Assembly: GCA_029775855.1 (NCBI GenBank)
Contig: JARVJZ010000001.1
Coordinates: 96,001 to 160,000 of the forward strand
DNA: 64,000 nucleotides
From: Nitrososphaeria archaeon
GTDB taxonomy: Archaea > Thermoproteota > Nitrososphaeria > Nitrososphaerales > JAAOZN01
Reading direction: 5' to 3'
Positions 46,883-55,209 of this stretch are shown one piece after another. The stretch's first letter is position 1. Each line of letters opens with the position of its first letter. The translations under genes and the position numbers were made by a program. The notes beneath the pieces were generated by a model. That model was not told where the DNA came from. It saw only the letters and a list, made by a program, of their open reading frames with translations, and ran no database searches.

Positions 46883-48208
46883 ATGGTTAAAGATCTTAGG
46901 AGCTTCATCAACCTACTTGAGGAGAAAGGTCTTCTTATAAGGGTCAAGAAGGCTGTTAACAGAAGGTTTGAGTTAGCAGCACTCATAGTTAAAGCTCAGA
47001 AAATAGGTAAAGCAATACTCTTTGAAAACGTCCTAGGCTCTAATATACCAGTAGTAAGCAACATCGTAGGCTCAAGACGAATGCTTGCTCTAGCTTTGGA
47101 TACAGATGAAGAGCAGCTGCTTGAAGAATATACAAAACGAAGTTCTCATCTAATCGAACCACAGATAGTGGACCAAGGTGCGGTGCAAGAAGTAGTAAGG
47201 GTGGGTGAAGACGCTACAACAGAGATGCTGCCAATAGTCACACATAGCGAACTCGACGCTGGTCCATACATAACTGCTGGAATAGCTGTAGCAAAAGACC
47301 CAGAAACTGGCTATAGGAACGCTTCCTTCAATAGAATGCAGCTCAAAGGAACACAGAAGTTGGGGATAAGGATGATGCCTCCTCAACACCTAGGCATCAT
47401 ACACAGTAAAGCAGAATCCAAAGGTAAGAATCTTGAGGTAGCCGTAGTGATAGGTAATCACCCAGCAGAAATGGTAGCTGGCTCAACAACTCTACCATAT
47501 AACGTGGACCACTTTACTTTAGCCAGCGCATTAAGAAGAGAACCTCTAAAGCTGGTTAGATGCAAGACTATAGACCTTGAAGTACCAGCTGATGCTGAGA
47601 TCGTATTAGAAGGCGAAGTCCTAGCTAACATAAGAGAAGAAGAAGGACCATACGGAGACTTCATGCAGCTCTATGTGCCGATAGCGCATAACCACATATT
47701 TAGGCTGAAGGCTATAACGCATAGACGCAACCCCATATATCAAACAATACTTGCCGGGACAGTTGAAGATACTACCTTATTAGCTCTTTCGAGAGAATCC
47801 CTAATCTACAAAGCTGTGAAGAGCAGCGGTTCAGAGGTCAAAGCAGTGAGCCTAACACCAAACCTATTTAACTGCGCAATCTCAATAAAAAAGAAGTTCG
47901 AAGGCGAACCAAAGAACGTGGCGATGGCCGCCTTTGGCGCATACTACTGGCTAAAATACTGCATCGTAGTGGATGAAGATGTAAATGTATATGACCTAAG
48001 TGATGTATGGTGGGCGATAGCCACCAGAAGTAAACCAGACACAGGTCTCTTCGTTATACCATATGCGCGTGGCTTCCCAAGAGACCCATATCACTTACAC
48101 CAAACGAAGGTCGGGATAGACGCCACAGCTCCAATAGATGCAAAAGAAGAACGTATTAGAAGACGTATACCAAACGTAGAATTAACAACGCTGGAGGACT
48201 ACATATAA
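46883..48208 (+). CDS. UbiD-family prFMN-dependent (de)carboxylase
   Basis: DAGPYIT, NASFNRMQ, VPADAEIVLEG, EGPYGDF, VVDEDV, GIDAT. Confidence 0.93.
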   Translation: MVKDLRSFINLLEEKGLLIRVKKAVNRRFELAALIVKAQKIGKAILFENVLGSNIPVVSNIVGSRRMLALALDTDEEQLLEEYTKRSSHLIEPQIVDQGAVQEVVRVGEDATTEMLPIVTHSELDAGPYITAGIAVAKDPETGYRNASFNRMQLKGTQKLGIRMMPPQHLGIIHSKAESKGKNLEVAVVIGNHPAEMVAGSTTLPYNVDHFTLASALRREPLKLVRCKTIDLEVPADAEIVLEGEVLANIREEEGPYGDFMQLYVPIAHNHIFRLKAITHRRNPIYQTILAGTVEDTTLLALSRESLIYKAVKSSGSEVKAVSLTPNLFNCAISIKKKFEGEPKNVAMAAFGAYYWLKYCIVVDEDVNVYDLSDVWWAIATRSKPDTGLFVIPYARGFPRDPYHLHQTKVGIDATAPIDAKEERIRRRIPNVELTTLEDYI

Positions 48209-48240
48209 CTTTATCAGCCCAATCAGCCTAAATTACGCGC

Positions 48241-48630
48241 ATGAGCAAAAGAATAATCAGTCCAAAAAAAGTTTGGGATTCAAAACCCTATGCTTTCTCA
48301 CAAGGCGTATCCTGTGGCGGCAAAAGAATTATCTTCATAGCAGGACAAGTAGGAATTGACCCAACTGGAAAGATCGTAAGCGAAAGCATAGAAAAGCAAA
48401 CAGAACAAGCCTTTGAAAACATGCAACAAATACTTAGATCAGCAAAGGCTTCTATGGAAAATATAGCAAAACTAACCGTTTACCTCACCGACATAAAAGA
48501 TCTACAGCGCTACTCAGAGGTTATGAAAAGATACTTTAAGAAAGGCTTACCCGCGCAGACCGCTGTAGAGGTAAGCAGATTAGCTCTACCAGAGTTAAAG
48601 ATTGAAGTTGAAGCTATCGCCGTTGTGTGA
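48241..48630 (+). CDS. RidA/YjgF family protein
   Basis: FSQGV, IFIAGQV, PAQTAVEV, KIEVEAIA. Confidence 0.9.
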   Translation: MSKRIISPKKVWDSKPYAFSQGVSCGGKRIIFIAGQVGIDPTGKIVSESIEKQTEQAFENMQQILRSAKASMENIAKLTVYLTDIKDLQRYSEVMKRYFKKGLPAQTAVEVSRLALPELKIEVEAIAVV

Positions 48631-48674
48631 AGAAATGGCTTTTAAGAAGTTTGGATAAAAATAATGTGATAGAT

Positions 48675-49169
48675 ATGATTACAGATGAAATGGTTGAGGA
48701 ACTGAACAAGCAGCTGAACTCAGAACTATATTCCTACTACCTTTACTTGGCTATGGCAGCATACTTCGATTCGATAAACCTAAAAGGATTCGCCAACTGG
48801 ATGAAAGTCCAAGCTAAGGAGGAAGAGACACACGCGCTTAAATTCTATGAACACATAGTCGAAAGAGGAGGGCGAGTAAAACTATACCAGATAAACCAAC
48901 CTCCATCAGAGTGGAAGACACCCTTGGATGTATTTGAAGCAGCATACTCGCATGAAACCGAAGTTACAAGAAGAATATATTCCATCTTAGAACTAGCGCA
49001 GCAGAAAAGAGACCACGCAACCGTAAACATGCTACAATGGTTTATCTCGGAACAAGTAGAGGAAGAAGCATCAGTTAGCAGCATCGTCCAGAAACTCAGA
49101 TTAATAGGTGAACACATAGGCGGACTACTAATCATGGACAAGGAGCTAGGCGAACGCAAACCATCCTAA
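48675..49169 (+). CDS. ftn: Ferritin (non-heme, prokaryotic type)
   Basis: ELYSYYLY, EEETHA, HETEVT, LQWFISEQVEEE; likely start ATG 48675. Confidence 0.95.
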   Translation: MITDEMVEELNKQLNSELYSYYLYLAMAAYFDSINLKGFANWMKVQAKEEETHALKFYEHIVERGGRVKLYQINQPPSEWKTPLDVFEAAYSHETEVTRRIYSILELAQQKRDHATVNMLQWFISEQVEEEASVSSIVQKLRLIGEHIGGLLIMDKELGERKPS

Positions 49170-49181
49170 CATTCGAGTAAA

Positions 49182-50336
49182 ATGTCCAGAAAGCTAAGTA
49201 GAGAAGAGATAGAAGCCCTAATATTAGGTGCTTCGATCTACTCAACAGGAGGCGGAGGCTCAGTACAAGATGGAATGAACATCTTAGAGCAGATAAGTAA
49301 TGAAGGTCTTCAAGCAACGCTCATCTCCCTACAAGAACTAAAAGATGACGCACTTGTATTCAATCCAGCTGAAGTAGGAGGAGGTGTAAGAAAAGAGTTA
49401 GAAAAGAGGTTTGAGCAAAGATACGGCACAAAGATACCTCTAAAATGGGAACGATGGCCGGTAGAAAAATGGATACCTCAAGCAGTAAAAGAACTTCAGA
49501 AGCATTTAGGTAGAAGGCCAGATGCCTACATTGCTACTGAGCTAGGACCTGGCGCGCTTTTGAGACCACTCTATCAAGCTGCGAAAGAAGACTTGCCTGT
49601 AGTAGATGGTGACCCTGTCGGGCGCTCAGTACCAGAAATGACTATGAGTCTATTTAATTTAAATGGTTTCCACCCTGCTCTCTCAGTAGCTACTTCACAT
49701 TTTGGTGATGTTATTGTCATAAAGCGCGCTTCTGACTATAAGAGGTTAGAAGATATACTGCGTTCCTTTGCCGAATACTCAGGAGGAGGCGTAGGCTTCG
49801 CAGAAGCTCTTCAAGGTCGAGAGGTGAAAAAAGCTTTACTACCAGAAAGCTACACCAGATGCATAAAGCTGGGTTTGGCAATAAAGGAAGCCACACGTAA
49901 TAATAAAGACTTGATCAAAACGATCCTTGACATAACAGGAGGCTACCTACTTTTCAGAGGCAGGCTTCTAAAGTTAGATCTGAAACCAGCCTTTGGTCAT
50001 CTTATTGGTGCCGCTTATATGGAAGGCATAGAAGAATATAGAGGAAAGAAGTTTAAACTTTGGTTCAAAAATGAAAACCACGCCGCTTGGAGAAATGGAA
50101 GAATATGCGCATTATCCCCAGATATTATAACTGTCTTAGATGAAGAAACGGGAACAGGTATATACAACTTCGACTGGGTTAAAATAAGCAAAGAACGAAA
50201 GCTTGCAGCTATAGGTATACCAGCACCAGAAGTATGGAGAACGAAAGAAGGACTGAAGATCCTAGGACCGAGAGCAGTAGGTGTAGATGCTGACTACAAA
50301 CCTATTGAATCTCTAGAACTTGAACAAAAAGGTTAA
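49182..50336 (+). CDS. DUF917 family protein (S-methylthiohydantoin desulfurase-like)
   Basis: GASIYSTGGGG, VVDGDPVGRSVPE, FKNENH, SPDII. Confidence 0.85.
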   Translation: MSRKLSREEIEALILGASIYSTGGGGSVQDGMNILEQISNEGLQATLISLQELKDDALVFNPAEVGGGVRKELEKRFEQRYGTKIPLKWERWPVEKWIPQAVKELQKHLGRRPDAYIATELGPGALLRPLYQAAKEDLPVVDGDPVGRSVPEMTMSLFNLNGFHPALSVATSHFGDVIVIKRASDYKRLEDILRSFAEYSGGGVGFAEALQGREVKKALLPESYTRCIKLGLAIKEATRNNKDLIKTILDITGGYLLFRGRLLKLDLKPAFGHLIGAAYMEGIEEYRGKKFKLWFKNENHAAWRNGRICALSPDIITVLDEETGTGIYNFDWVKISKERKLAAIGIPAPEVWRTKEGLKILGPRAVGVDADYKPIESLELEQKG

Positions 50337-50370
50337 GTACTGCACATAAAACTATAAATCTTGAGCCAAA

Positions 50371-52164
50371 ATGTCTACAACACATTCTGTCAGTAAGACA
50401 TCTATCGCCGCTCTCATCATTGTCATCATCGTTATAGCAGCCTCTGCAGCATATGTAACCCAGATACAACCAACGACTATCACATTAACTTCTACAGCAG
50501 AAAGAACCGTAACCCAGACCATAACCACTACAGTAGGCGCTGGATCTACTGTAACTCAAACCGTCCCTCAAACTATAACCCAAACAGTAACTCGAACAGC
50601 TACTATCACACAAACTGAAACAACCACACAGCCACCCGTAACTACCACTACACCAACAGCTCCAGGTAAGCCAGGTGGTACATTCATAATTGGTGTAGAG
50701 AAGGATGAGCCATCTCTAGATCCGCTTTTTACGCAAGCAGGTGTAGCAGCAGATACAGTGCAAAACGCAATATACGAAACGCTAGTAGTATACGACTTTG
50801 CAATGAAGAAGATAGTACCACGCTTAGCCGAATCCTATGAACAGATAGACGATGTGACATACATATTCAAGATAAGAAAAGGTGTATCGTTCCATGATGG
50901 AACTCCTCTAAACGCCAACGCTGTAAAGAAGAGCTTCGACAGGATACTAACAACACAGTCACCTAGACAATCACAACTCGATATGGTGAAGGAAGTAGAG
51001 GTGGTTGATGACTACACAGTAAAATTCATACTAAAGTATCCGACACCAAACTTCCTACCCAACCTAACTTGGGGCACAGGTGTAGTTTCACCTACAGCGG
51101 TTGAAAAATATGGAAAAGACTATGGTACAGCAGCAGCAGTAGGGACTGGTCCATTTAAGTTCGTTGAGTGGGTTAAGGGTGACCATATACTACTTGAGAG
51201 AAACAACGCGTACTGGGGCACCAAACCCTACTTGGACAAAGTACTTATTCGAATAATACCTGAAGCGTCAGTCAGAGCCCTTGAGCTTGAGCGAGGTGGC
51301 ATACACGCAGCACAACTCAGCCCATCTGATGCAACAAGACTAAAGGGAAGCAAGACCGTCAACGTTCAAGTAGGTCCTGCACCAAGAGTTATCATGCTCT
51401 CTATAAACATGAACGCAAGCACTCAAGAAACAAAAGCTCTGCTTGACAAAAGAGTTAGACAAGCCATTAGCTACGCTGTAGACCGTCAAGCTTTAGTAAA
51501 TAGTGTCGAAGAAGGCTACGCCATCATTGGAGTAGGTATAGTAAGCCCAGCCATAGGTGCCTTTTGGAACCCATCTCTCCAAGTTTACCCACCTACAGCA
51601 AACATAGCTAAAGCAAAAGAGCTACTTGCTCAAGCAGGCTATCCTAACGGATTTGAAACAACGCTACTCAACTTCTTCCCATGGGGTCTACCCGTAGCAA
51701 CAGTACTACAAGCTCAGCTAGATAAAGTTGGCATAAAGTTGAAGATCAACAACATGGAGTTCGGCGCAGGTGCTACTGTGATGCTTGTAGATAGGAAGTA
51801 TGACATTGCATTACACGACTGGGCTGGTACAGGTTCACCAACTCCATACGGAGTTATGGGTGCTTTCTACGACCCTACACAAGTTGGTGCATGGCAGTGG
51901 AACTTACAGAATGTGCAAGATCCAATAATGGCCTTCTTGGTAAATGAGATGGCTATACAGACCGACTTGGCTGCTCAGAAAGGGTTGTCTGACGCTGCTC
52001 AGCGGAGAGCAATAGACGAAGCTTGGGGTGTCTTCCTATACTATCCAAACAGGATACACGCAGTCACAACAGCGGTTCAAGGATACAATCTACATCCACA
52101 TCCGTGGTATGGCTTCGTATTAGCGATGGATGCTCTTAACGTGAACGTCTGGCTACAACAATAG
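50371..52164 (+). CDS. ABC peptide/nickel solute-binding protein (family 5) with TM anchor and Thr-rich linker
   Basis: IYETLV, LAESYE, FHDGTP, GTGPF, RVRQAISYAVDR. Confidence 0.92.
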   Translation: MSTTHSVSKTSIAALIIVIIVIAASAAYVTQIQPTTITLTSTAERTVTQTITTTVGAGSTVTQTVPQTITQTVTRTATITQTETTTQPPVTTTTPTAPGKPGGTFIIGVEKDEPSLDPLFTQAGVAADTVQNAIYETLVVYDFAMKKIVPRLAESYEQIDDVTYIFKIRKGVSFHDGTPLNANAVKKSFDRILTTQSPRQSQLDMVKEVEVVDDYTVKFILKYPTPNFLPNLTWGTGVVSPTAVEKYGKDYGTAAAVGTGPFKFVEWVKGDHILLERNNAYWGTKPYLDKVLIRIIPEASVRALELERGGIHAAQLSPSDATRLKGSKTVNVQVGPAPRVIMLSINMNASTQETKALLDKRVRQAISYAVDRQALVNSVEEGYAIIGVGIVSPAIGAFWNPSLQVYPPTANIAKAKELLAQAGYPNGFETTLLNFFPWGLPVATVLQAQLDKVGIKLKINNMEFGAGATVMLVDRKYDIALHDWAGTGSPTPYGVMGAFYDPTQVGAWQWNLQNVQDPIMAFLVNEMAIQTDLAAQKGLSDAAQRRAIDEAWGVFLYYPNRIHAVTTAVQGYNLHPHPWYGFVLAMDALNVNVWLQQ

Positions 52165-52223
52165 AAACAGTATCACAACTCCCATATTCCTTTTTTAATT
52201 AGATTGTAGAGTAAGTTGTCAAG

Positions 52224-52298
52224 TGCTCCGGGCGGGATTTGAACCCGCGTTTGCGGCTCGAGAGGCCGCGATCCTTGACCGGGCTAGACGACCGGAGC
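52224..52298 (-). tRNA. tRNA-Glu(CTC), intronless
   Basis: GCTCCGG/CCGGAGC acceptor, GCGGC-CTCTCGA-GCCGC, GCGGG-TTCAAAT-CCCGC, A73. Confidence 0.95.
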
Positions 52299-52367
52299 TG
52301 CTTAACTATTAGCTGTTTACGTATATGTTTTTAATATTAGCGGTTTGGGTTATATTATGTATTGCTT

Positions 52368-52535
52368 TTAGCTGTTTGTTTTGCTTGCGTGTTTTGTGAT
52401 TTCTAGTGAGCAGGCGTGGTGTGTTGAGCAGAAGTCTTCACACCTCTCTGCCCATATTTTCTCTTCATAGAGGAGGTGACATTCTTCACACTCGTAAAAT
52501 AGTGTGCCGTCTCTTATTTTCTGCTTAACCATCAT
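52368..52535 (-). CDS. Small 55-aa Cys/His zinc-finger protein (below the ORF-track cutoff)
   Basis: MMVKQKIRDGTLFYECEECHLLYEEKIWAERCEDFCSTHHACSLEITKHASKTNS. Confidence 0.75.
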   Translation of the reverse strand: MMVKQKIRDGTLFYECEECHLLYEEKIWAERCEDFCSTHHACSLEITKHASKTNS

Positions 52536-52568
52536 CTAATCTGTGTTTGCGGGTTGAGATATAAGTGT

Positions 52569-53342
52569 TTATAGATTTGCTAGTCTTCTCAGGAGGTCTT
52601 GGACTTCATTTGTGTTTCTCAAGTAGTACTTTGCGTTTGTTTTTTTGAATTCTTCTGCTACTAATATAGTCACACCTTCTTTTAATTTTATGAAGGCGTC
52701 TTCGTCTGTGTTATCGTCTCCAGCGTATATGGGTAGGCTTGCTGGCGCTACACTCTTAACTAAGAATCTTGCTGCTTCACCTTTATTCCAATCAACACTT
52801 GGTTTTACTTCTAGAACCTTCTTTCCTTGTGTGACTAATATCTGTTGGAATTGGTTGGCTTCGTTGAGCACCTTCTTCTTTACCCAACCTATCTTCTCAA
52901 GTGGTGTAAGTCTGTAATGCACGCTTATAGTGAAGATCTTGTTTTCAACAATAACCCCTTCAATACCGCTTAAGACGCTTTTTAAACTATTTGCGAGTTT
53001 TTCGATGCTACCTACTAACTTCTTAGCTTTTGGATGTGTGAAGTTAAGATTAGGTCCAGTTATCTGTAAGCCGTGGTTTCCAGCGTAATATAATCCTTCT
53101 AATCCCACACGCTCCTTAACGTCATTTAACATTCGGCCTGAGACTATTGCTATTTTAAATCTCGGGTTATCTGCTAAGATCTTAAGGAGTTGCTTTGTTT
53201 CTGTTGATAGATATGCTTCTTGGGGTCTTCTAACTATGGGGGTAAGAGTGCCGTCAAAGTCAAGCAGTATGAATAAGGAAGAGCTTGCTCTAAGGAGGTT
53301 TACCATATTTTGCCACTCGTTTAGGAGGTGTTTAGGTTCCAT
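52569..53342 (-). CDS. otsB: Trehalose-6-phosphate phosphatase (HAD IIB)
   Basis: LDFDGTLTPIV, VSGR, YAGNHG, SVHYR, GKKVLEVKP, AGDDNTDEDAF. Confidence 0.93.
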   Translation of the reverse strand: MEPKHLLNEWQNMVNLLRASSSLFILLDFDGTLTPIVRRPQEAYLSTETKQLLKILADNPRFKIAIVSGRMLNDVKERVGLEGLYYAGNHGLQITGPNLNFTHPKAKKLVGSIEKLANSLKSVLSGIEGVIVENKIFTISVHYRLTPLEKIGWVKKKVLNEANQFQQILVTQGKKVLEVKPSVDWNKGEAARFLVKSVAPASLPIYAGDDNTDEDAFIKLKEGVTILVAEEFKKTNAKYYLRNTNEVQDLLRRLANL

Positions 53343-53510
53343 TTTAGATAAGTGCTTAGGGATATTGCTGTATCTTCCCTCTTAACTTTTGCTATTTGGC
53401 GCTGCTTAGAACAGTATTTAACCGATAAAATTTAATTAAATATTTAGAATTTATGATGTTTGTGAAAAGGGTAGGAAGACTTAAATAAGTGGCGGATAAT
53501 TTGCTGTTTT

Positions 53511-54698
53511 ATGCAGCGTTCTACAATAATAGCAACTATAATTGTAATCATAGTGATAATAGCTGCTGCCAGTGCAGTAATCCTCACCCCTCCCACAACT
53601 ATAACGAGCACAGTAACTAAAGTTGAAACCACTACTGAAACAAGAACTGTTACTAGCACAATGACAGCTGGAACCGCAACTGTAACATTAACTCAAACAG
53701 TCGCACAGACTACAACTGTAACACAACCACCACTGACTACCACAGTCACACAGACAGCCGCGCCTCTCACCACCACAGTTACAGTAACTGCGACGCCTAA
53801 GGTTGAGCCGATAAAGCTCAAGATCGGGACTTTGACTTTCCCAGCGTATATGTCTATAGTCCATCTTGTTATCGAGAATCAGAGCTTTGATAAGAAGAAT
53901 GGGCTTGATGTCGAGTGGGTTAGGTATTCTGCTATAGCTGCTGCTTACGCCGGTCTTGGCACTGGTGAAGCTCATATCTGGGGTGGTGGTGCTAACGTCT
54001 TTCAAAGGATGCATAACGAGGGCATACCTATAACAATAATCTCAACCTACGCAACCGCAACCCTCTATATAGTCGCACGGGATCCTAACATAAACAGTAT
54101 AAAGGATCTGGCTGGTAAGACACTAGCTATAGATGTTGGTGCAGTAGACTACCAACTTGTAGGATCATATGCGCTGACGCAAGGTCTTAAGTTGGGTGAG
54201 CAGATAACGGTTAGAGCGGCAGCCTATCCAGTTGCAAGGGCTGAGTTCGAGGCTAAGAGGGTTGATGCAGCGGTTCTGGTGGAGCCTCATGTAGCGTTAG
54301 CTAAAAAGGCAGATCCAGCTACTAAGGTGATATGGGTTGGCAATGAAGCTTGGCGTGAACTTAAGGGCTATGACTATGCTTGGTATCTTCTACTCGCTAT
54401 GAACAACAACTACCTTAAGCAAAACCCACAGTCCATCCCAAGAATTATAGCGATGTATAAGGATGCTGAAGATTTCATCAGAGATAATCCAGATAAGGCG
54501 GATCAAATAGTCACGAAAGCTTTGAATCTGCCTCGTGGCGTAATAAAAGAAGGTATACTCACAGGTAGGATCGACCCAAGATTTAGAGCAGTCTGGGACC
54601 CTGCGGTAAAAGAGAATGTGTGGGCACTCTTCCAATTTGGTGTAGACTCTGGTTTCATAGATAAGATGCCGGCACCAACGATACTCTATTCACCATAA
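53511..54698 (+). CDS. ABC solute-binding protein (SsuA/NMT1-like) with TM anchor and Thr-rich linker
   Basis: KKNGLDVEW, INSIKDLAGKTLA, VDAAVLVEP. Confidence 0.85.
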   Translation: MQRSTIIATIIVIIVIIAAASAVILTPPTTITSTVTKVETTTETRTVTSTMTAGTATVTLTQTVAQTTTVTQPPLTTTVTQTAAPLTTTVTVTATPKVEPIKLKIGTLTFPAYMSIVHLVIENQSFDKKNGLDVEWVRYSAIAAAYAGLGTGEAHIWGGGANVFQRMHNEGIPITIISTYATATLYIVARDPNINSIKDLAGKTLAIDVGAVDYQLVGSYALTQGLKLGEQITVRAAAYPVARAEFEAKRVDAAVLVEPHVALAKKADPATKVIWVGNEAWRELKGYDYAWYLLLAMNNNYLKQNPQSIPRIIAMYKDAEDFIRDNPDKADQIVTKALNLPRGVIKEGILTGRIDPRFRAVWDPAVKENVWALFQFGVDSGFIDKMPAPTILYSP

Positions 54699-54700
54699 AA

Positions 54701-54727
54701 GTGGGGTGAACCCCCACCGTTTTTTAT
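54701..54727 (+). terminator. GC hairpin followed by a T-tract
   Basis: GTGGGG-TGAAC-CCCCAC then CGTTTTTTAT between convergent genes. Confidence 0.6.
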
Positions 54728-55149
54728 GGTATGATGGCTATAGCATCAACTTCGACAAGCATCTCTGGTAGGGCTAATCCTATGTCTAAGAGTAGTGTGG
54801 AAGCGTATGCTCTCTCTTTAAGCAGATTCGGCGCATTTTCAGCCAGCCATTCATCTCTTGCCCTTATGAATTCATCTCTATGCTCTCGTTTTGAAACATA
54901 CCACACAAACTTCACTACATAATCTATGCTTGAACCAGCCTTCTCAAGTCTCTCCTTTATCTTATCGAGGGCTAGTCTAGTCTGAGCCCTAACTCCTTCG
55001 ACAGCTCTGTTGGTCGCTGGGTCTCTACCTTCGGAGCCTGAGAGGAAGATGAAACCTTTTACACCCTTAACCTTAGCCCCTACCCCCCACTCTACTAACT
55101 GTCCCCCATAATGAATTAGACCTAACCCCTCTTTACAAGACTCAGCCAT
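54724..55149 (-). CDS. RidA/YjgF family protein (second, divergent)
   Basis: IFLSG, QTRLALDKI, YASTLL, LVEVDAIA. Confidence 0.85.
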   Translation of the reverse strand: MAESCKEGLGLIHYGGQLVEWGVGAKVKGVKGFIFLSGSEGRDPATNRAVEGVRAQTRLALDKIKERLEKAGSSIDYVVKFVWYVSKREHRDEFIRARDEWLAENAPNLLKERAYASTLLLDIGLALPEMLVEVDAIAIIP

Positions 55150-55209
55150 ACCCTACTAATTACAGCATATCAATATATATTTGGTATTACTCTATTACTA
55201 CTGATAATA

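Noticed and set aside
50461-53795. ACN-rich repetitive stretches as tandem repeats or a CRISPR array
   Set aside because: They are Thr-rich coding linkers; no constant repeat-spacer periodicity was seen anywhere in the window.
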